Source of the DNA: a virus
Lineage: Duplodnaviria; Caudoviricetes
Strand: one strand, 5' to 3'
IMG/VR virus record: IMGVR_UViG_3300020045_017494
Span: 1 to 41,819 of that record
DNA: 41,819 bases
The notes below the pieces were generated by a model that ran no database searches, had not been told where the DNA came from, and saw nothing but the letters and a program-made list of their open reading frames with translations. Numbering within the stretch: the first letter of the stretch is position 1; every line of letters begins with the position of its first letter. Positions 8,401 to 17,084 of the stretch are shown here, one piece after another. A program made the position numbers and the translations under genes.

Positions 8401-9005
8401 ATCAGAAGTTAGCTGTAGTGATGGCGATTATTAACGGCTCGCTGGCCGCTATAAAAGCATTTGCAACCCTGGGCCCGGTAATGGGAGCCATAGCAGCTGC
8501 AGGAATTGCGATTAAAACCATTGCTGAAATAGCTGTAATAAAAAAGCAGAAGCCACCGGAATACTATGAAGGTGGTTTTACTGCAAAAGCCTCGAGTAAT
8601 AAAAAACCTGCAGGGATTGTACACGCCAACGAGTATGTTGTTCCGGAACAAGGTGTGAATAACCCGGGCTTGCAGCCTTTATTAGGAATGATAGAAGTAG
8701 CCAGGCAAAACGGGAGCCTACCTACATTAAATACCCGGACCATACTCAAAAGCCTGGGCACAGGTTTCAGGGATGGCGGAGCCACATCAGAAGGTGTATT
8801 ATCAGGAAAGAAAACGGGGTTATCATCAGGATCATTTGCTGATATTACTGAATTGCTGGCGGCCAATACCAATGTTATGAATTTATTGCTGATCAGACTA
8901 GAAGAACCGATATCGGTTGAAGCCACTGTGGCCATCCGTGGCCGGAATGGCTTATATGAAAAACTAGAAGAGGATAAACAATCACAAAATAATGCTTCGC
9001 TGTAA
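5478..9005 (+). CDS. Tail tape measure protein
   Basis: 1175 aa, helical, with TMP core (FDDQVADVKRTTG, IAGKLGI, GLAATLDQLG) and C-terminal YYEGGFT...AGIVHANEYVVP. Confidence 0.92.
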   Translation: MPSNYTRRISLYINGKEVKNEVASIRAEMNKLVSQQARMTIGSKEYVRAGKSIRELKAVLQEHNNNLKSTASGWDRMKRAAEGMNRYFLMISSAVAGLGGLVMAGKKAISMFAKFDDQVADVKRTTGMTRDEIYAMNESLKKVNTRTAQLDLMKLGEIAGKLGIPKLEVEGFIRSADKISVALSGALGTDTEEAINQIGKLVDIFKIKDRFGIEDSMLKVGSALNSLGNASTANEGYIVEFTKRVGGIAPTVGVSIQSVMGLAATLDQLGQTSEVSSTVYSAMITGMFKKTGEYAKIAGLDVKKFKDLLGKDTNEAFIKVLEGLKGTNGGMERLVELMGDIGMDGKRSASVLGVLSNNTQLLREQQDISNGSFKQGTSILDAFNSKNNSAQAILDKARKRMDNLAVTLGEKLLPVLTLSTNGFSYFVKYVGILVDFTIRHSTAILTAGVAIAAYTVASKAASVIESIRLATSKQSILLAQIETNWIRLKILLTNEATMAQKRALVANKALGASMTATPWGAIAAAIVLVTMAVIGLVKHFGKASAAQEALNEARKRSTELVVDEKSKVDLLVSLINSENVSMASKKKAIEDLKRIIPGYTAMLNDQGKVIYQNTESVKDYITQLRRQYMLQGYQEQFGKANMALATARDERDTYVMGLKGGRPRTMYQRVKLDSYDKEIEDQQSIVIALQSKVEDSLNAQNDFSARIQKEAEMMIKINASIKASTNKDVKEALQAELIKHTEAYIGYINASKGITPAGIAAAAGEGGTGGGGTGSGFSGEIEVVKDALQELSKKVGEYDTLINNAIVGGNTPLAEKLQIEKTAAENLLETYNQLKKALAEGKDIDILQFIGPEYKNPNALVAKGAGTIPLGQPGASPLQPRETTTGGAPPPDPGEDYSEAILDATLQATQDINDAIFDIVKNRRQAEFEHALSLLDKQREAELANKNLTEAQKDKINAKYKQKSDALRLKQFHQDQKLAVVMAIINGSLAAIKAFATLGPVMGAIAAAGIAIKTIAEIAVIKKQKPPEYYEGGFTAKASSNKKPAGIVHANEYVVPEQGVNNPGLQPLLGMIEVARQNGSLPTLNTRTILKSLGTGFRDGGATSEGVLSGKKTGLSSGSFADITELLAANTNVMNLLLIRLEEPISVEATVAIRGRNGLYEKLEEDKQSQNNASL

Positions 9006-10822
9006 TGATAGAAATAGTTTTACACGCCGGGGGGCGGCTGGATTTGCCGGAAAACTTTGTGCTAAACATCATACACGAAAACCCTTTGTTCCTGGAAGAC
9101 CGGATACCGGCACCGTATACGGTTCAGTTTGAAGTACCATCAACTGCCAATAACCTGCAGCTGCTGGGGATGCCAAACCGGATAGCCTCATCCGGGTTAA
9201 AAAAACGCCTGGCGGCTGACCTGATCCATTTCGGGTTTATTATCTCCCGGGGAGAATTGCTGCTAACCGGCTTTGATAATTACCCAAAGCTGCAGTTTGT
9301 AGGTACCATTGCCATAGAAGCGATGAGTAAGAACCTGAATCAGCTTGAGCTGGGTGATTATGATTATGGCAGTTTCCCGCTTATAGCAAACAATATTGAT
9401 TATGCAGAGGCATGGGCAACCGACTATAAAAACGCCATGACAACTGCTGCAACAACAGGTGAGCCATTTGCGGTAGCCCCTATTTATATAAAAGGAAGTG
9501 ATTGGGAGGGCGACGCTGTTATTAATGGCGCAAAAAATGCTTTGAGGCAGTACATTAACTTTTATAATCCGTTAGAACATGCTGACCATAAGTTTTTTTT
9601 ACTGGATCCTATTTACGAGCCTTTAACACGCGCACATATTCCAATTTTACCCATGCCCTACCTGAATAGTATACTGGTAGCTGTATTTGGCGATAAGCTT
9701 ACAAACAACCCTTTCGGGAGCGGTGATTTTGCAAAACTGGTTTTACCAACCTTTAATCATAAATATTTCAGTTACGATAATTTACTCGGCTATTACTGGG
9801 ACCACGAATTAAACCCGGTAATGTTTTTCAATCCCCTGGTGGACGATTACAACTGGAATGGAACAGACTGGCGCGATCTTTCGATTCATATCAAATCGTT
9901 TCAACAATCGTATCCTTTTTTATCGCTATTGAAGAACATATTGAAAATGTTTTCGATGACCCTGTTTACCGGTCGCACGTACAGCATTGAAAAGAATGAC
10001 GACATAATGAACCGTAACGTGATAGTTGAATGGGATGATAAAATTGCAGGAGTTCCCATTAAAAGTTATGACCTGGCAAAGGATTATGTTTTCAGCTATG
10101 GAGAAATAAGCAGCGTTATCACAACAAATGTGACACAGCTGTCCAATTTGAATGCTATATATGAGCGAATGATAACCACAGAGGAAAATATTGATTGTGT
10201 TTTGCAGGATTTGAGTACAGGGGGGATTTATAAGTTAAATAAAGTAATAGTTCCAAATGATGTATATGACCAGCCAATTATACGGTCGGAAGTACAACAA
10301 AGCCCAATTAGTGTGTATTATGAAGAATCAGAGCGAGAAAAATATGAAGTAACAACCGAGATAAAACCCCTTGATGTGAATATACATGTTTGTTGGGGTG
10401 ATGATAATCCAAATTTAAAACACCACTGGGCAGTGCCTGAAATGGATTTGAAAGATATAAAATCAGCACCCTGCATCATGTTTTATGGCGGGTTAAATGA
10501 TGCGTTCAATAATGTGGGCAGCTATCCGCAGCTGATGGCACATAATTTCACACAATTCGGAAGAAAATTATTTGATTTCTCGCTACTCCCATCCGGAACA
10601 GATGGATTGCTAAATACGTTTCACAGCAAGTTTAAGCAGTGGGTTGAAAAAGACAAGCTAAGGCTAAAGGCTTCGGTACGGTTAACGCCCGCAGAGCTGC
10701 GCGCACTGAACTTCAGGGATAAATACTATGTAGGCGGAAGGCTGTTTTACATCGAAAAAATTGAGTACTCGCTTACGCATAGCGGTGTTAGTTTGGTTGA
10801 AGGAGATTTGATAGAGTGCTAA
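9005..10822 (+). CDS. Tail tip / baseplate hub protein
   Basis: 605 aa directly after TMP; ENPLF and YTVQFEVPSTANN N-terminus typical of Bacteroidota phage tail proteins. Confidence 0.65.
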   Translation: MIEIVLHAGGRLDLPENFVLNIIHENPLFLEDRIPAPYTVQFEVPSTANNLQLLGMPNRIASSGLKKRLAADLIHFGFIISRGELLLTGFDNYPKLQFVGTIAIEAMSKNLNQLELGDYDYGSFPLIANNIDYAEAWATDYKNAMTTAATTGEPFAVAPIYIKGSDWEGDAVINGAKNALRQYINFYNPLEHADHKFFLLDPIYEPLTRAHIPILPMPYLNSILVAVFGDKLTNNPFGSGDFAKLVLPTFNHKYFSYDNLLGYYWDHELNPVMFFNPLVDDYNWNGTDWRDLSIHIKSFQQSYPFLSLLKNILKMFSMTLFTGRTYSIEKNDDIMNRNVIVEWDDKIAGVPIKSYDLAKDYVFSYGEISSVITTNVTQLSNLNAIYERMITTEENIDCVLQDLSTGGIYKLNKVIVPNDVYDQPIIRSEVQQSPISVYYEESEREKYEVTTEIKPLDVNIHVCWGDDNPNLKHHWAVPEMDLKDIKSAPCIMFYGGLNDAFNNVGSYPQLMAHNFTQFGRKLFDFSLLPSGTDGLLNTFHSKFKQWVEKDKLRLKASVRLTPAELRALNFRDKYYVGGRLFYIEKIEYSLTHSGVSLVEGDLIEC

Positions 10823-10827
10823 AATGT

Positions 10828-10864
10828 TTGTCCTTTTAAAAAACATTGAAGCATGATTACTTTG
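10828..10864 (+). promoter_or_regulatory. Putative late promoter 2 (lysis cassette)
   Basis: TTGTCCTTT-N20-TTACTTTG. Confidence 0.75.
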
Positions 10865-10882
10865 TCCAAAACTCGTAGAACT

Positions 10883-11146
10883 ATGTTACTTGCAATTTTA
10901 AATTACATCACTGATTCGGGAAAAACGGCATTCACATCCGTAGCAGGCGTATTTGTTGGACAGGCATCGCTAAGCAGCGGGCTAAGCGGTGCAAACACAG
11001 CACTGCAACATGCAGCCTGGACAGTGGCCATACTTGCCGGATTGCTAACTATTGCAAACCTGTTTTTCCCGCTACGCACTTTCTATGAGGACTACAAAAC
11101 CAAACGAAAAGAACAATTTATTAAAGAACATGAAGATGAAGACTAG
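10883..11146 (+). CDS. Holin-like membrane protein
   Basis: Hydrophobic segments and a charged C-terminus, upstream of the endolysin. ATG 10883 chosen because 10853 lies inside the promoter. Confidence 0.5.
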   Translation: MLLAILNYITDSGKTAFTSVAGVFVGQASLSSGLSGANTALQHAAWTVAILAGLLTIANLFFPLRTFYEDYKTKRKEQFIKEHEDED

Positions 11147-11318
11147 ACTTTTAAAAAACTGGATCACCTCCATAATCGGCATCTTATTGCTTGTATTCGG
11201 AGCGTATTTGACTTACAAAGGAATATTACCCTGGGAAGCATTTGCTGCATCATGGCCAACCTGTTTGCTGTTGTTCAGGGCTAAAGATTCGTTGTTGTGG
11301 GGTAAAGCAAAGGAGTAA
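11130..11318 (+). CDS. Putative holin (two TM helices, Met-Lys-Met start)
   Basis: MKMKTRLLKNWITSIIGILLLVFG...; ends 2 nt before the endolysin. Confidence 0.6.
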   Translation: MKMKTRLLKNWITSIIGILLLVFGAYLTYKGILPWEAFAASWPTCLLLFRAKDSLLWGKAKE

Positions 11319-11320
11319 TT

Positions 11321-11746
11321 ATGAAGGCTTCGGAACATTTCGACATCAAGGAGCTGGTTGATCCGGAAACCTACCGCACACGCGGCGACAAATCAATTGA
11401 ACTGATTGATAACCGTATTATTGATTGCGTTGAATTACTGCGTAAAATAACGGGTAGGTCAATTGTAATTAACAATTGGCACAGTGGAGGCCAGTACCGG
11501 GAATCAGGTTTGAGGCAAGCCAATACAGGGACCGGTGCCCGTTTTTCGCAGCATAAATTCGGCCGGGCTATGGATCTTAAAGTTAATGGAATTGATTGCG
11601 AAGAGGTTCGCAATATAATCCGGCTGCATTGGAACGAATTTAAGCAGCTCGGTTTAACTACCATCGAGAAAGATACACCAACCTGGGTGCATATCGACTG
11701 CCGGTTTACAGGAAAAGAAACATTGTACGAAGTAGCTTTAACTTAA
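11321..11746 (+). CDS. Endolysin, peptidase M15 family
   Basis: SGLR...SQHKFGRAMD...WVHID zinc-binding motifs (SxHxxGxAxD and terminal His). Confidence 0.88.
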   Translation: MKASEHFDIKELVDPETYRTRGDKSIELIDNRIIDCVELLRKITGRSIVINNWHSGGQYRESGLRQANTGTGARFSQHKFGRAMDLKVNGIDCEEVRNIIRLHWNEFKQLGLTTIEKDTPTWVHIDCRFTGKETLYEVALT

Positions 11747-11750
11747 CATC

Positions 11751-12314
11751 ATGAAAAACTTAATCTTACTGATCACCCTGCTGATCGCGCTGGGATCCTG
11801 CCGGAGTCCGCAACAAATAGCTGACCGTAAATGTGCCAAAGCCCAGGCGAAGTATGAAAAAGCTGCGTACCGGTGGGGTTGTGATTTATCGGCCAACACA
11901 GATAGTACAAGCGCGGAAACAAACACAACTGTTGTTAAGGATACTACAATATATATTCCGGTACCTGGCGAGACAAAAACTGATACAATCACCATTAAGT
12001 TAACTAATGGATTATTGAACAGTAAAGAATCGAGGCTTGACACAAAATATGCCTATGCCACCGTACAAGTAGTTGACGGAAAGCTGATATTTAACTTATA
12101 TCAAAAAGAATCAGTAATAGCTGCAACGCTTAAAGGAGCTATCCGCTATAACAATATTACCAAGTATTATAAAATCACAAAAACATTACCAGGTAAAATC
12201 ACAAATATACTTACCCAGTGGCAAGTTGCACAGATGTGGCTGGGAAGGATCCTGCTTGTGGTGATGTTTGTTTACGGTGTTTTTAGGGCCTTGAAATTTT
12301 ATCTGAAAGTATAA
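11751..12314 (+). CDS. Putative unimolecular spanin (lipoprotein)
   Basis: Lipoprotein signal with lipobox LGSC plus a C-terminal TM helix, directly after the endolysin. Confidence 0.7.
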   Translation: MKNLILLITLLIALGSCRSPQQIADRKCAKAQAKYEKAAYRWGCDLSANTDSTSAETNTTVVKDTTIYIPVPGETKTDTITIKLTNGLLNSKESRLDTKYAYATVQVVDGKLIFNLYQKESVIAATLKGAIRYNNITKYYKITKTLPGKITNILTQWQVAQMWLGRILLVVMFVYGVFRALKFYLKV

Positions 12315-13321
12315 TGATTATTTCGCCTGCTATACAAGCCTTGCAGCTGAGCAAGAATTTCCCGGATTTGAACATCAGTATTGATGAGCCGGATGTGAGC
12401 GTGCTTTTGCAAAAGAACGGAGCAACGGTACTGGAGGAATCGTATATTAACGGTCCGACCGGCAGTTTTGATCTGAAGCTAAAAAGCGTGCTGCACTCGT
12501 TGCTTACAGCCCAGGTGCCAACAGCGGCAGCCATCGAGGAAATTACCGGCAGCGTAGCAGAATTCAGTCTTACCATTGATGTGGAAGCCCCGGTTGTATT
12601 TAAGGCAATAAAGGGCGGAGTAGACATTGACAATTATGCACTACAGGCGAATTATGCAGGCGCATTCCTGAAAAGCAGATTCCTGACCTGGCAGCCGGCA
12701 GTAAAAAAAGTAAGCAGCCTGGCAAATCAATACCTGACCTATTACAGTACTGCACGCTGTACGCTCACTTACCAGGTATTACCTACCAATACGGTTTATG
12801 ATACCATCATTTTTGATGCCGGCAAGCAATACCGCATTAATGTGGGCGCTTTGCCATATGCAGAGACAGGCATAACCGGGATAAAACTTTGGACTGTGTT
12901 CCTGGATGACTCAACTAGCCAGGTACAGGAATATAGTATTGAAGCGCCGATGAGCGAAACCACAGATTTATTCCTTTTTGAAAATTCACTGGGAGGAATT
13001 GACACTGCAGAGTTTACCGGATCGATAACCGAAATGGATGATCACGACATACAAAAGGCTGTGATCAACGACGAAATGCAGGAATATGACATAACCCCAT
13101 TGCGGACGTTTAAGAAAAACACCGGGTTTATAGCCACAGAAGCTGAAAGACTTTGGCTGCGCGATTTCTTCAGCTCGCTGCAGAAATGGCACTATACCGG
13201 TGGCCGCTTGCGGAAGCTGTATGTAAAAAGCTGGGAAAACGAGTCGGAACGAGGTGAACTAAATTCATACTCCTTCACTTTCGCATATGCGAAAGATGAC
13301 GGGACTAACTACATTTTGTAA
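12314..13321 (+). CDS. Tail / baseplate structural protein
   Basis: FLTWQP, FLFENSLGGIDT and KNTGF...WLRDFF motifs typical of Bacteroidota phage tail proteins. Confidence 0.6.
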   Translation: MIISPAIQALQLSKNFPDLNISIDEPDVSVLLQKNGATVLEESYINGPTGSFDLKLKSVLHSLLTAQVPTAAAIEEITGSVAEFSLTIDVEAPVVFKAIKGGVDIDNYALQANYAGAFLKSRFLTWQPAVKKVSSLANQYLTYYSTARCTLTYQVLPTNTVYDTIIFDAGKQYRINVGALPYAETGITGIKLWTVFLDDSTSQVQEYSIEAPMSETTDLFLFENSLGGIDTAEFTGSITEMDDHDIQKAVINDEMQEYDITPLRTFKKNTGFIATEAERLWLRDFFSSLQKWHYTGGRLRKLYVKSWENESERGELNSYSFTFAYAKDDGTNYIL

Positions 13322-13323
13322 CC

Positions 13324-15045
13324 ATGGCCACATTCTGGGACCCGATATTAAAAGCCTACCGGTGGAAGGATGGCGAAGGTGAAGCACACTCCCGCCTTCA
13401 CTCCCTCGTTTCCCCTGCTGATCATGCTCCGGAACTGCCATATATGTACCCAGTTACCGGCGAAGATGGAGCGTGGATGCTGAAACCGGTACCCGATGCC
13501 GGAACCGATTCAATTACCAGGCTAATTTCAGGTACCGTGGTTTGGCTTGGTGGTTTACTATTTCGCGCTACAAATACCGTATATAAAATATGGGGTACAG
13601 CATACCAAACTGTTGCAATTGATAAGGAGCTGGATGCCGCTGATCCGCTGCTTCCCCGTATAGATTTATTTGCTCTTAATACTGATCAGCAGGTAATTAT
13701 TATAAAAGGTACTCCTGCCACTAATCCTGTGAAACCTGTGGTTGATGGCTTTACAGAGCTTGAATTTACCCAGGTGCTTATTCCTGCAGCTGCTACCGAA
13801 CCGGGCAATGTGGTTAACATCTCTGTTTATTCCGAAAATGTGGAATGGACCACTTCGGATGAAAATCCAAATGTGTTATACACGCTTATCGACTTTGAAA
13901 GCGATTACGATCCTTACCTGGGCAGCAAATGCGTGCGTGTTGAAGCGCTTCAGGAATCGGGCGGAATGCAAAAGTGTACGCTCAGGTTTACAACCGATCC
14001 GGCCGAACTGATCACTGAAGATGCTATGTTGTATTTCCGCATTAGCAGTACTCAGGCCTGGCTTAATGGATCGGGCATTGCAATAGGTTTTAAAAATGGA
14101 GGCTTAGCTGTTGGAAACCTGGTAACGCTTACCGGTACCAATTATGGCAATAATCATGCGGTTGTTGGCTGGCATGCGGTTGTAATACCGATGGCTGATT
14201 TTGGCGCTGTTAATTTTTCGGTTGATGAACTGGAGTTTACATTCTCGAAATCGGAATGGGGTAATGCTGAATTAGCTATCCGTTTCGACGAGATAAAACT
14301 GCAGACCGGCGTAGCTCCGGTAGTTGACTCGCACACCCGGGCGCATCAAATGGATTCGGTGCTCGATCACCCGCCGGTCGCTCCCGAAAACCGGGGCAAA
14401 ATGGTAGTTACCAACGTAGTTACCGGGGCTATTGAGTATATGGATATCCCAACGGGCGGGGTAACTCCAACCAGCAGTACCCTTTATTGGGATGATGAAG
14501 CAAGTGCGTATAGTCCGTATGCTACAAAAATTGCGGTTGATCCCGGATTCGGGTACCTGTATGGCGGTGTGGCTGCTCCATCGTTTCACAACCGGATGAA
14601 TTTTGATGCCGATTTGTACGCTACCCGTTTTTATGTGAGATCACCGTTGGATGAAACTGTTTTTACACAAATAAATAACAGCGGAATTCATTGCGAAACT
14701 GGAAGCCAGTATTTAAACTTATCTATTGGAGCAGGCATAGTACGTCTTTACAGCGATAGCGAAATAGATACAGCATTTCCTATCAGGGTAGGATCATCTG
14801 ATTCTAAAAACATCGAAGTCGATTCTGCCAACGATCGCGTTACAATAAATATGAATAAAGTGAAGTTGGCAAATTTCACAGCTTTAAAATATCTGTACAT
14901 CAATGCCGATCTTGAACTTGAAGGTGTCGATTCTCCCGGTGGCGGAGTTGATCAAATACAATCCGACTGGCAACAACAGAATCCCGTTTCGCTTGATTTT
15001 ATCAAAAATAAACCCATAGTTCAGCAATTCACTTACTCATGTTAA
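13324..15045 (+). CDS. Tail fibre / receptor-binding protein
   Basis: 573 aa, beta-rich; PRIDL...GTPA.NP..P anchor, central domain resembling a carbohydrate-binding module, two His-rich repeats, C-terminal QSDW...DFIKNKP. Confidence 0.65.
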   Translation: MATFWDPILKAYRWKDGEGEAHSRLHSLVSPADHAPELPYMYPVTGEDGAWMLKPVPDAGTDSITRLISGTVVWLGGLLFRATNTVYKIWGTAYQTVAIDKELDAADPLLPRIDLFALNTDQQVIIIKGTPATNPVKPVVDGFTELEFTQVLIPAAATEPGNVVNISVYSENVEWTTSDENPNVLYTLIDFESDYDPYLGSKCVRVEALQESGGMQKCTLRFTTDPAELITEDAMLYFRISSTQAWLNGSGIAIGFKNGGLAVGNLVTLTGTNYGNNHAVVGWHAVVIPMADFGAVNFSVDELEFTFSKSEWGNAELAIRFDEIKLQTGVAPVVDSHTRAHQMDSVLDHPPVAPENRGKMVVTNVVTGAIEYMDIPTGGVTPTSSTLYWDDEASAYSPYATKIAVDPGFGYLYGGVAAPSFHNRMNFDADLYATRFYVRSPLDETVFTQINNSGIHCETGSQYLNLSIGAGIVRLYSDSEIDTAFPIRVGSSDSKNIEVDSANDRVTINMNKVKLANFTALKYLYINADLELEGVDSPGGGVDQIQSDWQQQNPVSLDFIKNKPIVQQFTYSC

Positions 15046-15057
15046 AATACTAATACA

Positions 15058-15492
15058 ATGGCAGCAAATATCTATGCAATTTACACAAAGGTTCCGAAAA
15101 TTAACTGGAGCGGTATATTGAAAACAGCCAATACCGCTAAAGATGGCACCGGAACGGTCGAAACCATTTTCACAGCCGGAGCTGAAGGCGGACGTGTTGA
15201 ACGTGTAAGGGTTCGCGCCATTGGCACCAACATTGCAACCGTACTTCGTTTGTTTATTAACAACGGAGGCGCAAACTCAACGCCAGCAAACAATGTGTTG
15301 TATGCCGAAATTACCTTGGCAGCCACAACTCTTTCGGAAACTGCGGCTTTGCTTAACACAAACGAATTCCCGAACCCAGCAGATTACACGGCCTTCCCTA
15401 TTGCGTTGCCTCCGGGGTATAAATTACTGGCTACTGTTGGTACTACAATAGCAGCTGGCGTAGTTTTAACGGCAATAGGCGGCGATTACTAA
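15058..15492 (+). CDS. Small virion / fibre-associated protein
   Basis: 144 aa, Ala/Thr/Gly-rich beta protein ending GGDY, within the fibre module. Confidence 0.55.
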   Translation: MAANIYAIYTKVPKINWSGILKTANTAKDGTGTVETIFTAGAEGGRVERVRVRAIGTNIATVLRLFINNGGANSTPANNVLYAEITLAATTLSETAALLNTNEFPNPADYTAFPIALPPGYKLLATVGTTIAAGVVLTAIGGDY

Positions 15493-15503
15493 AATTTTGA
15501 ATC

Positions 15504-16577
15504 ATGCTGTTTAGCGACATGAACGGATTGCCGGAATCGGGTTTCCCGGTACTGGCCAACGAGGGCGACAGGATTGTACTTAACACCCTGCATGGAATAC
15601 CTATGCGGCAACTGGCCTATATACTGGATGTATTAGGGAATAACAGGTTGCTGGGAAGTTTACTTATTGCAGGCGATTTGACTGGTGTTGCTAACCTAAC
15701 TGCGTCTGGAACAATATCAGCCACTGGTTTATCATTAACCGGCAACATACTAACCAATGGCAATGTCACATTATCAGTTGGCGATTTATTCTTTTTAGGT
15801 ACAGGCAATATCTCGACAAAAGGGAATATAGGAGATATTTTGGCGCGTGTAAAAAAGATATATGCAACAGATTTGAACCTAATTAATCGCCCTACAGTTG
15901 GCAATGAAGATTGGGTTGCACTGGTATCCGATTTACAAGAGTTGTATATGCTTCTGTACTACGATAATTGGAAAGTAGCCTGGTTTAATGCTGCTACAGA
16001 TGGCTATGAATATTTTAATGTAGATTCAGAAAAGGCCTTCGAAATTCTAGCCGGAAACGGTATGGCAGTTGCAAAGCCCACATCAGATGGCAATAAAGTT
16101 AGCCAGGTTATTAATGCTGAAGTATCGCTGGCCACTTCGGTAAGGCGGCTGGCAAGCTTTTACGCTGATGCGCCAAACGTGGGAACGGCCAATACTGTTG
16201 TTTACTCCTACACACTGCCAGCTAATTCGCTTAATGCCGTTGGGCAATACCTCGATATTGAAGTTTTCGGCGAAGCTGCCAACAACGCCAACTCGAAATC
16301 AGTTTACCTCAATTTTGATGGAGTTATAATGAGTGTAGTTACTGACTCAACTACTGCATCATTGGCAAAATGGCGAATAAAATACAGGCTCATTCGCATT
16401 TCGGCAAACGAAATAAGGGTTTCGACTGATCTAACCTGGAACTTCACTACACAATGTGATATCCAGGACCGTACTACCTTCGATTTTAGCGCTGCAAATA
16501 TCATTACCATTTCGCTTGATGGCGTAGCCAGTAACGATTTAATTGCCAAAACAGCCACCATAACCATTTATCCATAA
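15504..16577 (+). CDS. Tail fibre-like protein
   Basis: 357 aa with Gly-rich repeats (TASGTISATGLSLTGNI) and a C-terminal YSYTLPANSL beta domain. Confidence 0.55.
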   Translation: MLFSDMNGLPESGFPVLANEGDRIVLNTLHGIPMRQLAYILDVLGNNRLLGSLLIAGDLTGVANLTASGTISATGLSLTGNILTNGNVTLSVGDLFFLGTGNISTKGNIGDILARVKKIYATDLNLINRPTVGNEDWVALVSDLQELYMLLYYDNWKVAWFNAATDGYEYFNVDSEKAFEILAGNGMAVAKPTSDGNKVSQVINAEVSLATSVRRLASFYADAPNVGTANTVVYSYTLPANSLNAVGQYLDIEVFGEAANNANSKSVYLNFDGVIMSVVTDSTTASLAKWRIKYRLIRISANEIRVSTDLTWNFTTQCDIQDRTTFDFSAANIITISLDGVASNDLIAKTATITIYP

Positions 16578-16581
16578 ACCC

Positions 16582-16755
16582 ATGACCGAACTTGAAACCC
16601 TTTTGCAGCAAAAGAAGCAGCAATACGCGCAGCTCGATGCCGAACTAAAACGCGCCCAGCAGCTAGTGCAAAGCAAAATAGCCGAAATAAATGCTTGTTC
16701 CGGAGCCATTGCCGCACTGGAGGAGCTGCAGAAGAAATACACCGAAGGCGCTTAA
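16582..16755 (+). CDS. Small coiled-coil protein (57 aa, absent from the ORF track)
   Basis: MTELETLLQQKKQQYAQLDAELKRAQQLVQSKIAEINACSGAIAALEELQKKYTEGA*; ATG 4 nt after the previous stop. Confidence 0.75.
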   Translation: MTELETLLQQKKQQYAQLDAELKRAQQLVQSKIAEINACSGAIAALEELQKKYTEGA

Positions 16756-16774
16756 CTTATATCTCATCTCTCAT

Positions 16775-16799
16775 CGTCATTGCGAACGCAGTGAAGCAA
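16775..16799 (+). repeat. Single REP-like element of the GTCATTGCG...GAAGCAA type
   Basis: CGTCATTGCGAACGCAGTGAAGCAA, hairpin CATTGCG-AA-CGCAGTG, intergenic; family from recollection. Confidence 0.55.
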
Positions 16800-16802
16800 A
16801 AT

Positions 16803-16839
16803 TTGTCCTTTAACTTTTTGCCGGCAGGCAGTAACATTG
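16803..16839 (+). promoter_or_regulatory. Putative late promoter 3
   Basis: TTGTCCTTT-N20-TAACATTG. Confidence 0.75.
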
Positions 16840-16859
16840 CTAAAAAATAACGAACCACA

Positions 16860-17081
16860 ATGGAAAACTTAGATTTCTCGAAACCGATATCCGACCACAA
16901 GCTATTGAAAAGCCTGGTTAAACCTGCCCTGGTTGATACCACCAACAGCACTATTGTGTACGAAGGTTACAAATACGGTACCGGTTACCGCATATGCAAA
17001 ATTGATATGAGTACAGCAATTATTACCCGCACCTGGGCGACCGGTGCCTGGGCCGATCGTGCAACCCTTAATTACGAGTAA
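16860..17081 (+). CDS. Small virion-associated hypothetical protein
   Basis: 73 aa ending WADRATLNYE; first gene after late promoter 3. Confidence 0.65.
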   Translation: MENLDFSKPISDHKLLKSLVKPALVDTTNSTIVYEGYKYGTGYRICKIDMSTAIITRTWATGAWADRATLNYE

Positions 17082-17084
17082 GCC

